A stretch of DNA of 55,140 nt, from positions 1 through 55,140 of IMG/VR virus record IMGVR_UViG_3300032281_000128; one strand, written 5' to 3'. This stretch comes from a virus (lineage: Duplodnaviria; Caudoviricetes). Shown here one piece after another: positions 46,577 to 53,825 of this stretch. A program made the translations under genes and the position numbers. Each line of letters opens with the position of its first letter. The first letter of the stretch is position 1. The notes below the pieces were generated by a model. It did no database searches. It was not told the origin of the DNA and saw only the letters and a list, made by a program, of their open reading frames with translations.

Positions 46577-47305
46577 ACACGTACACCTTACTATCCCACC
46601 ATCGACGTTCCTGATCATGTAGAGAACGAAGACGCGTACATCAACGCAGCCCACACCCGTATCGATATAAATCGCCGCAAGGGTGCCCGGAAACGTTGGA
46701 TGGAAAATCATGAAGATGCTAAGAATCTACATGACTGGCTTTTCAGCGAAGGTGACTACGCTCAAGCGTGGGATCTTGATCCCCGCTGTAGCCAGTGGGA
46801 AGACCAGTATCCGGAACATTGCTGCGTAGTGGATGGTAAAGACTACCAATGCTCATGTAAACGTGTGTCTCACCCGTTGTCATTCTACGCCACCGGCGAC
46901 TTTATGGATAACATGCGTGAATCCATTAATGAATGGGGTGCTTTGACTGACAACCAGACCAACGCTGTCCGTAAGAGCTTCCAACGTGCTCAAGAGAAAC
47001 TGCACGAACGTGCCGTGCGCCGTCTTAATAAAATAGAAGACGAGCGTAACAACAGTAAACACGTCGGTATAATCAACACCCGGCGTGAGTTCACTTTGAT
47101 TTGCGAGAAGCAATTGAGCTTCGACGGCATGTACGGCACCACCTACATCAACATCTGTAAAGATGAAAAAGGTAATGTTGTTATTTATAAAGGTAGCAAC
47201 GCTTTCACAGAGAACGTTACTATAACCGTAGTGGCTACAGTCAAGGCTCATGAGGAGCGTGACGGTGTAGCTCAAACCATAATCGCTCGCCCTAAGGTCA
47301 AGTGA
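46574..47305 (+). CDS. Early protein with possible C-terminal OB-fold
   Basis: WGALTDNQ; HVG...GTTYINICKDEKGNVVIYK...ATVKAHEERDGVAQTIIARPK. Confidence 0.65.
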   Translation: MTRTPYYPTIDVPDHVENEDAYINAAHTRIDINRRKGARKRWMENHEDAKNLHDWLFSEGDYAQAWDLDPRCSQWEDQYPEHCCVVDGKDYQCSCKRVSHPLSFYATGDFMDNMRESINEWGALTDNQTNAVRKSFQRAQEKLHERAVRRLNKIEDERNNSKHVGIINTRREFTLICEKQLSFDGMYGTTYINICKDEKGNVVIYKGSNAFTENVTITVVATVKAHEERDGVAQTIIARPKVK

Positions 47306-47323
47306 GATAACTGGAGAACTGAA

Positions 47324-47488
47324 ATGGAAAAAGCAAAGAACATTATCGACCTCAACATACGCACAGCTGCGCCGATGGGTCGTAACCATCGTGTGTCGCC
47401 TCAATCGGCTTGGCCGCTGCGAGGTGTTGACGGTAAGACGTTTGCTGAGCGCCGGGCAGAAGGGGGCAAAGCAAATGACAGACATTGA
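47324..47488 (+). CDS. Small hypothetical protein (54 aa)
   Basis: Conserved ATAACTGGAGAACTGAAATG leader. Confidence 0.55.
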   Translation: MEKAKNIIDLNIRTAAPMGRNHRVSPQSAWPLRGVDGKTFAERRAEGGKANDRH

Positions 47489-47885
47489 AGAAAAAGCCTT
47501 GGAGCTGCTGAATGAGGTGGAGATTGAAAGGGAGGGCCATCCAATCCACGAAACCATCAAACGTCATTATAGCGCGCAAGAAGCACTATGCCGCGCCATC
47601 GAACAGCACGAAGCCTTTAAGCAAGAGGTGAGCGATGCGGTTGAGAAAGTCATTGAGAGTTGCGCAGTTACCAGTTGGGGTGCTGCAATGCTTGACCCGC
47701 TCATCATCCCCAAGCCCAAGCCTGATACGCTTAAAGCGGCTGCGGAATATTATATGTCTCAGTTCGGGCAGGCATTAGAAGCGCACGGCATACCTTACGA
47801 GGCAGCACAAATCGAAGCTGACACGAGACTGCGTGCAGCACTGGAAGCGTATGGGCTGGAGATACGGGAGAAGAAAAATGACTGA
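47475..47885 (+). CDS. Hypothetical protein
   Basis: Start MTDIEEKAL after GGGGCAAAGCAAATG. Confidence 0.6.
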   Translation: MTDIEEKALELLNEVEIEREGHPIHETIKRHYSAQEALCRAIEQHEAFKQEVSDAVEKVIESCAVTSWGAAMLDPLIIPKPKPDTLKAAAEYYMSQFGQALEAHGIPYEAAQIEADTRLRAALEAYGLEIREKKND

Positions 47886-48240
47886 CGATGACAAGACACT
47901 GGTGAAGCGGCTGCGGATCAGGCCACTTAATATGCTGGTCAATCCAGCATCCATGTGCAGTGAAGCCGCAGACCGCATCGAAGCCCAAGCGGCAGAGATT
48001 GGGCGCATCAGCAGCCAGCGGGATGCGTATCTGGATGGCTATAAGAAAGCTTTTGCCGATGTTGTGAAGCTGCATGATGCTTTGCAGGAGGCGCGTGGTT
48101 CGCTTTATCAGTGCTTTCGCTCGTCACGCGATGACGCGTTAGAAAGCCACCCAGATTGGGCGGAGCATATTGCCGACATCCATTTCGAAGCCGCAACAGC
48201 ATTGGCTAAGATAGAAGCAGCATTGGAGCAAAGCAGATGA
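47878..48240 (+). CDS. Hypothetical coiled-coil protein
   Basis: LVKRLR...EAADRIE motif common in phage accessory proteins. Confidence 0.6.
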   Translation: MTDDDKTLVKRLRIRPLNMLVNPASMCSEAADRIEAQAAEIGRISSQRDAYLDGYKKAFADVVKLHDALQEARGSLYQCFRSSRDDALESHPDWAEHIADIHFEAATALAKIEAALEQSR

Positions 48241-48326
48241 CCTTGCGCCAATTCCTGTTCGATAATTTCGGCTGGGATATTTACGACTGGGCCGACGATG
48301 AGATTAGATTTTAAGGAGCAAAGCAA

Positions 48327-48488
48327 ATGGAACAAGATATAAGAGATAGGCTCGATGAATTTTGCGCCGAGTTCGACATACCAGAAAAACACCACAGCAG
48401 TTTAAGGCTGCTTGGTGGCATGGCCTATGTTCTGGGGCTTGAACTTGAAGTGCTGGTATCGCCACGCGAAAAGGAGCAAAGCGAATGA
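48327..48488 (+). CDS. Small hypothetical protein (53 aa)
   Basis: AAGGAG SD; ATGA overlap with the next gene. Confidence 0.5.
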   Translation: MEQDIRDRLDEFCAEFDIPEKHHSSLRLLGGMAYVLGLELEVLVSPREKEQSE

Positions 48489-48694
48489 GCGAACAACAAA
48501 ACCCATACGGTGACTACCGCTTAAACTTTATCACCACCTTCGAATATTCAGAGTGGCGGTGCTACCTGTTCGGCAACAAGCCGGGTGTTAATGGTATTAT
48601 ATGGCGTCCTCTCAAGGGCAAAGAACCAAACTGGTTCTGGCGTAAAATGCAGTATCTTATTCTTGGTAATCTTTGGGTGAAAGACGATGACTAA
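48485..48694 (+). CDS. Hypothetical protein
   Basis: SEWRCYLFG...PNWFWRKMQYLILG. Confidence 0.6.
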   Translation: MSEQQNPYGDYRLNFITTFEYSEWRCYLFGNKPGVNGIIWRPLKGKEPNWFWRKMQYLILGNLWVKDDD

Positions 48695-48857
48695 AGACAC
48701 ACGACCACGTAGGTTCTTCGGGTTGCTGTGCGCCCACCATTGGGAGCATTGGGGAAGCATGCAAACAAAGTTTGTAAGCGGAACCATCAAGGAGCGCATG
48801 GTCCTGCAGTGCAAGCACTGCGGCGACATTAAATACGCAAGGAAACCAAACGTATGA
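48687..48857 (+). CDS. Small Zn-ribbon-like protein (56 aa)
   Basis: CAHHW...CKHCG; overlaps both neighbours. Confidence 0.5.
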   Translation: MTKDTRPRRFFGLLCAHHWEHWGSMQTKFVSGTIKERMVLQCKHCGDIKYARKPNV

Positions 48858-49147
48858 CCGAGTATATTAAGTTCGTCAAACATGGTGAGCCAATTATGAC
48901 CATCTATGCCGATGGCCGGATAACTTTACGTGAAGACGCGCAACCAACAGAAGCCGCCGCAGCGTGTATTGAGGCCATGAGCGACATGATACAGAACCTG
49001 ACCAGCAATGCGGTGCAGGCGGAGCGTGACGCGACCGTCGCATGGCTGCGGAGCGACCGCATTGTCATCACTATGGACGGAAGCGCGGAAAACTTTATCG
49101 CCACTGCCATCGAAGTGGGTGAACACTTAAAGGAATACGGCAAATGA
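48854..49147 (+). CDS. Hypothetical protein
   Basis: Coupled ORF; ERDATVAWLR. Confidence 0.55.
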   Translation: MTEYIKFVKHGEPIMTIYADGRITLREDAQPTEAAAACIEAMSDMIQNLTSNAVQAERDATVAWLRSDRIVITMDGSAENFIATAIEVGEHLKEYGK

Positions 49148-49689
49148 GTAGCCAGAACCTTCCCCATCATCTTTATGTTTACGTTGACCGCGCATTCATA
49201 CGCAAAGACGGTAAAGGCTTTGAACCCGCAGTGTGGTTCGCTTTACGCTCTGAGCCCAACCGGGCTTGGGGCTGTCATGTTATGTTGGAGTGTGGTGCGG
49301 TGTATCGCAACGTGCCTCCTCATGCGATAGCGTTTAGCAATCGCCCTACGCCTTTCTGGACGTTACCACAGGCGCAGGTATGGGACTGCTATGGTCGTGA
49401 CTTCAGGGTCATCAAATATGATTACCTAGCAGACCTGCAAGCTCGGTATGACGGTAAGGATGACAAAGCGCAATACTTGTTTACTGCGTGTCCGCAGGGT
49501 GATGGGTTCAGCGCAGCTCCCGAGCAGAGCAAAGAGTTCATGTTCATGCGGACGGAGGGCGACCGGTTGCTCATCAGGCCGACCAACATGCTGTTGTTCA
49601 GTGAGCGCAGCTTTACGGAAGACACCGGCTGGCCAACTGACATACGCACATCATCACAAGTATGGGAATGTGAAAGAGAGATATTATGA
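49144..49689 (+). CDS. Conserved phage hypothetical protein
   Basis: NLPHHLYVYV...LECGAVYRNVP...QVWDC...YLFT...PEQSK. Confidence 0.65.
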   Translation: MSSQNLPHHLYVYVDRAFIRKDGKGFEPAVWFALRSEPNRAWGCHVMLECGAVYRNVPPHAIAFSNRPTPFWTLPQAQVWDCYGRDFRVIKYDYLADLQARYDGKDDKAQYLFTACPQGDGFSAAPEQSKEFMFMRTEGDRLLIRPTNMLLFSERSFTEDTGWPTDIRTSSQVWECEREIL

Positions 49690-50132
49690 CTAACTGGCCA
49701 AGTCGACATCTTAAATTAGCTGAGTTCATTTCAACATGGAGCAAAGACCCAAGCACTAAAGTGGGTGCGGTATTGTTCCGTGAAGACGGCTCAATCATCA
49801 GCATGGGTTATAACGGCTTCCCTCGTGGATTCAAAGACGACCCTAAACTAATGTCTGACCGGGGTATACGGCTTAAAATGACGCTACATGCTGAGGTCAA
49901 TGCTATACTTGCCGCTGGACGCAACGGGACTAGCCTCAGCTGGGCGCAATTAGCTGTGACTAGGCACCCTTGTAGTCAGTGTGCTGCCCAGCTCTCTCAG
50001 GCTGGTATTAAGTATGTTCGTTACATTAGTGACCCAGACTTTGAAGAGCGATGGGCTAGTGACATAGCAATAGCCAGAACCATCTTTAAACAAATGGGTG
50101 TTAAGCTGGTTAAAGTTGAACCGGAGGGGTAA
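49686..50132 (+). CDS. dCMP deaminase
   Basis: SKDPSTKVGAV, GYNG, HAEVNA and PCSQC zinc-binding motifs. Confidence 0.9.
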   Translation: MTNWPSRHLKLAEFISTWSKDPSTKVGAVLFREDGSIISMGYNGFPRGFKDDPKLMSDRGIRLKMTLHAEVNAILAAGRNGTSLSWAQLAVTRHPCSQCAAQLSQAGIKYVRYISDPDFEERWASDIAIARTIFKQMGVKLVKVEPEG

Positions 50133-50469
50133 TCGTTCGGTTTAATCGTTCGGGTAATCGTTCGAACGATTAGGCCGAACGAACGATTACTTTTGCGTCT
50201 CTGTTCTCCATCGTTCGATCGTCGGAGGAGTGGCGCTAAAGGCCACCTCCAGAGCACGATCAGACGGTGTGTGGCACGATTAAATTCTTGTTAGGGTCAC
50301 CTCACTTACGTGTGTTTTGGTGGGTGGTTTTGGGTTAATCGTTCGGGTAATCGTTCGGTTAATCGTTCGGTGGTTTTTCGGTGGTCTCTGTACGGCTAGG
50401 AAATGTCGGTGTTTTAATCGTTCGTTCGGTACCCTCTCTCGAAGAGACGAACGATTAACCCGAACGATT
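50130..50469. repeat. Array of 11 AATCGTTCG nonamers (7 direct, 4 inverted) in two clusters; putative origin or packaging site
   Basis: Direct at 50131, 50144, 50156, 50337, 50349, 50361, 50416; inverted at 50163, 50180, 50448, 50461. Confidence 0.85.
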
Positions 50470-50482
50470 GGTTTTATGGGGC

Positions 50483-50510
50483 TTGCCTTTTACGGGTGAA
50501 AGGGTATAAT
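50483..50510 (+). promoter_or_regulatory. Sigma70-like promoter TTGCCT-N16-TATAAT for terS
   Basis: Directly upstream of terS. Confidence 0.55.
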
Positions 50511-50517
50511 GGAGATT

Positions 50518-51108
50518 ATGGGTAACTTAATTCAGAAGCCGAAAGCCAGACCAGCGGTTCGTAAATACGATCGTGATGTTGTGTCTGAGCATATTATAAC
50601 TGAGCTGACCAAGGGTCGCTCTTTGGCGAACATCTGTTCTGTTGATGAAGGTATGCCGAACGAGGCAACCTTTCTTGAGTGGGTCGAGAATGATGACCCT
50701 GCCGGGCTGGCCAAGCGTTACGCGCATGCGCGCGAACTTGGTTACAAGCTGATGGCTGATGAGATTGTTGAGCTAAGCAACAAGAAGGGGGAATGGGTTC
50801 CCGTTCAGGATTTGGACTTGGACGGTCGTCCCCTGCTCGATGCCGACGGCTTGCCGATCCTCAAGCAAGTGTTCATGCCGCTCAACAGCGACGTCATCGC
50901 TCACACTCGATTGCAGATTGACACGCGTAAGTGGCTGCTCAGCAAGATGCTGCCTAAGGTATACGGTGACAAGGTTCAACAGGAACACACCGGAAAGGAT
51001 GGCGGTCCTATTCAGATGGCAGCAGTCAATTTCAAAAACCTCAGCGATGAGGAGCTGGATAAAATGCAACAGCTGTTAAGCAAAGCGGAGGGTAATAACG
51101 GAAACTGA
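50518..51108 (+). CDS. terS: Terminase small subunit (start 50509 or 50518)
   Basis: GRSLANIC...MP...TFLEW...RYAHAR...MADEI...RLQIDTRKWLLSKMLPKVYGDK...HTGKDGGPI. Confidence 0.85.
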   Translation: MGNLIQKPKARPAVRKYDRDVVSEHIITELTKGRSLANICSVDEGMPNEATFLEWVENDDPAGLAKRYAHARELGYKLMADEIVELSNKKGEWVPVQDLDLDGRPLLDADGLPILKQVFMPLNSDVIAHTRLQIDTRKWLLSKMLPKVYGDKVQQEHTGKDGGPIQMAAVNFKNLSDEELDKMQQLLSKAEGNNGN

Positions 51109-51184
51109 TTTCTACGAGCTGAGAGGCTTGATTGAAGAGTGGGTTAATGATATCTGATGGCACGTTCGTGAAGGAGTGAGTGAT

Positions 51185-51349
51185 ATGGATTTCGTTATTG
51201 GTTTGATGGGTCTGGCCGGTGTGTTTTGTTTAGTGGTGCTCATTAAGAATCATTTTCTGATTAGCGATTTGAAACGTGAGAACGAAGAACTGAACGGACA
51301 GCTCAAGCGACTGACTGATCGTGACTCACGTGGTCGGTTCAAGAAGTGA
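51185..51349 (+). CDS. Small TM plus coiled-coil protein (54 aa)
   Basis: AAGGAG SD; C-terminal RDSRGRF. Confidence 0.5.
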   Translation: MDFVIGLMGLAGVFCLVVLIKNHFLISDLKRENEELNGQLKRLTDRDSRGRFKK

Positions 51350-51525
51350 ACCCGTGCATTCCACTAGGGGAGTCCCATATTGTTCCCCGTGACGACTTGA
51401 AGCGACACACCCCTAGCAAAGATTGTTGGTGTCGCCCCGAGCAGGACGATGAGTATTTGGGTCTCTGGGTTCATCGTTCTGCTGATGGTCGTGAGTCTTA
51501 TGAATTCGGTAGGAAGATGCATTGA
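51346..51525 (+). CDS. Small His/Cys protein (59 aa)
   Basis: HIVPRDD...H...CWCRP...VHRSADGRE; overlaps both neighbours. Confidence 0.55.
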   Translation: MNPCIPLGESHIVPRDDLKRHTPSKDCWCRPEQDDEYLGLWVHRSADGRESYEFGRKMH

Positions 51526-53090
51526 ACGACATGTCCCCAGCCTTGATGCTTGACATGATCAAGCGTGAGCGAGACCGGCGCAGTGCGTCTGCCTCGCTTT
51601 ACGAGTTTGTCAAGCAGAGCTGGGGCGTAGTTGAGCCGGGTGTGCCGTTCGTTGGCTCATGGCATATTGAGACGATCTGTGAGCACCTTGAAGCGGTGTC
51701 TGCTGGTGAAGTACAGCGACTGCTGATCAACATACCTCCTCGCCATTCCAAGTCGACCATCGTCAGTGTGATGTGGCCGATGTGGGAATGGCTCACCGAC
51801 CCTGCCCAGAAGTTCCTGTGCTCGTCTTACTCCGGCAACCTGAGTATCCGTGATAACCTCAAGGCTCGACGCCTCGTGCAGTCGCCTTGGTATCAGGAGC
51901 GATGGGGGCACATGTTCAAGCTGGCTGGTGACCAGAACGCTAAGCAGCGATTTGAGAATGACCAGACTGGCTACCGCATCGCTACGTCAGTCGGCGGGAC
52001 AGCGACGGGTGAAGGTGGTTCACGCCTGATACTTGACGACCCGCACGGAGCACAGGCAGCGCAGTCCGACACCATCCGTGAGTCTGATCTTGAGTGGTTT
52101 GACGTCGTGTGGTCAACCCGATTGAACAACCCGAAGACTGATGCGATGGTCACGGTCATGCAGCGTCTGCACGAGCGGGACATCAGCGGACACATCCTTG
52201 AGGACATTGGCGGCTGGGAGCACATCAAGATCCCGGCTGAGTGGGATGGTGTCAAGCGCACCACCGTGCTCGGCAACTACGACCCGCGAACCCGTGAGGG
52301 AGAGCTGATCTGCCCAGACCGCTTTGGCGCAGAGGAAATCACCCGGCTCAAGCAACTACTGGGCACGTATGGTGCGTCTGGTCAGCTACAGCAAGACCCG
52401 ACTCCGGTTGAGGGTGGTATCCTCAAGACCAAGTTCTTCCAGTTGTGGCCTCATGACAAGGCACTACCTCAGTTTGAGTACATACTGCAGAGCTATGACT
52501 GCGCCTTCACTGAGAAGACGACGGGTGACCCCACTGCCTGCACGGTGTGGGCCATCTTCAGTTATGACAACCAGCGCAACGTAATGTTGATTGACGCATG
52601 GGATGAGCACCTGAGCTACCCCGACCTGCGCAGTCGGGCAATAACCGACTGGCAAACTGAATACGGAGGCACCAGCGTAAAGGACGGATTACGTCGCGCT
52701 CGTAGGCCTGACCGTGTGCTCGTGGAAGCAAAAGCAAGCGGACAATCCCTAATACAAGATTTGCGCTTGGCGAAAGTGCCTGTTGTGAGCTATAACCCCG
52801 GTATGGCCGACAAGGTGAGTCGTGCGCACCAAGCTGCACCAACACTGGAACTCGGTCTGTTGTGGGTACCGGAAAGTGGTAAGAATAAGGGGCATCCTGT
52901 CAGTTGGGCTAGCAGCTTCATGAAGCAAGTTGGTAAGTTCCCAGTAGCTGAGCATGATGACTATGTGGATACGATGACACAAGCTGTTATATACTTCAAG
53001 AATGATGGCTGGTTTGAGTTACCCACTGCCCGTGATATTGACGAGCCACGACAACGTGACAAGGAGCGGATTAATCCGTACGCAGTATGA
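51522..53090 (+). CDS. terL: Terminase large subunit
   Basis: LLINIPPRHSKS, ILDDPH, MQRLHERD, QSYDCAF, VEAKASG and HDDYVD motifs. Confidence 0.95.
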   Translation: MNDMSPALMLDMIKRERDRRSASASLYEFVKQSWGVVEPGVPFVGSWHIETICEHLEAVSAGEVQRLLINIPPRHSKSTIVSVMWPMWEWLTDPAQKFLCSSYSGNLSIRDNLKARRLVQSPWYQERWGHMFKLAGDQNAKQRFENDQTGYRIATSVGGTATGEGGSRLILDDPHGAQAAQSDTIRESDLEWFDVVWSTRLNNPKTDAMVTVMQRLHERDISGHILEDIGGWEHIKIPAEWDGVKRTTVLGNYDPRTREGELICPDRFGAEEITRLKQLLGTYGASGQLQQDPTPVEGGILKTKFFQLWPHDKALPQFEYILQSYDCAFTEKTTGDPTACTVWAIFSYDNQRNVMLIDAWDEHLSYPDLRSRAITDWQTEYGGTSVKDGLRRARRPDRVLVEAKASGQSLIQDLRLAKVPVVSYNPGMADKVSRAHQAAPTLELGLLWVPESGKNKGHPVSWASSFMKQVGKFPVAEHDDYVDTMTQAVIYFKNDGWFELPTARDIDEPRQRDKERINPYAV

Positions 53091-53659
53091 ATTATCAGCA
53101 CCATTATAACCTGTTGATTGAACGCGCTCGCAACCGCACTCTTTCCGGTGTTTACTTGGAAAAACACCACGTGGTGCCTTCTTGTTTGGGTGGGTCTGAC
53201 GAAGACGACAACCTCGTTAACCTTCTACCTGAAGAACATTTTCTAGCCCACCAATTGTTGATTAAAATCAATCCTAAAGAATCTAAACTTTATTACGCCG
53301 CTCTAATGATGACGGTTGGTACCGATCGCGTTTGTAGAAATAACAAAGCGTACTCTTGGATACGCCGTAGAGTTTCAGAAGATCGAAAGGTGCGGCAGAC
53401 AGGTTTGAAGCATAGTGAAATCTCTAAGCAGTTGCGCTCGGATAAATTGAAAGGTAAGCCTCTTTCTGATTCTACGAAACAGAAGCTTAAAGACGCTTGG
53501 GTGCGGCGTAGGTCTGAAAAACCAATGACCGAAGAGACGAAACAAAAACTCAGAATGGTTTCTACCGGAAAAACACATAGCGTTGAAACTAAGATGAAGT
53601 TATCAGAATACAGGAAAATGAACCCTGTCAAACGAAAGGTCCACATCAATGCCGTCTAA
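53087..53659 (+). CDS. HNH homing endonuclease with NUMOD3-like repeats
   Basis: EKHHVVP..LGGSD...NLV.L..EEHFLAH; KHSEISK, PLSDSTKQKL, THSVETKMKLS. Confidence 0.85.
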   Translation: MNYQHHYNLLIERARNRTLSGVYLEKHHVVPSCLGGSDEDDNLVNLLPEEHFLAHQLLIKINPKESKLYYAALMMTVGTDRVCRNNKAYSWIRRRVSEDRKVRQTGLKHSEISKQLRSDKLKGKPLSDSTKQKLKDAWVRRRSEKPMTEETKQKLRMVSTGKTHSVETKMKLSEYRKMNPVKRKVHINAV

Positions 53660-53825
53660 GAAACCAGCAAAGCCCGTTTGGGACAAAGCCAGACCCAAGA
53701 GCGCCGGTAAGCCGAAAGAGCTGACCAGCAGCCAGAAGGCGAGCGCCAAGAGCGCAGCCAAAGCAGCGGGTCGTCCTTACCCCAACCTTGTTGACAACAT
53801 GCGAGCCGCACGGAAAAAGAAATGA
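53649..53825 (+). CDS. Small basic protein (58 aa, MPSKKPAKPVWDK...)
   Basis: AKAAGRPYPNLVDNMRAA; ATGA overlap with the 53822 start. Confidence 0.6.
   Translation: MPSKKPAKPVWDKARPKSAGKPKELTSSQKASAKSAAKAAGRPYPNLVDNMRAARKKK

Noticed and set aside
50130-50469. CRISPR array (given the Cas4-like gene at 31078-31917)
   Set aside because: Repeats are 9 bp, in mixed orientation and lack unique 30-40 bp spacers; the Cas4-like nuclease sits in a Sak4/SSB recombination module
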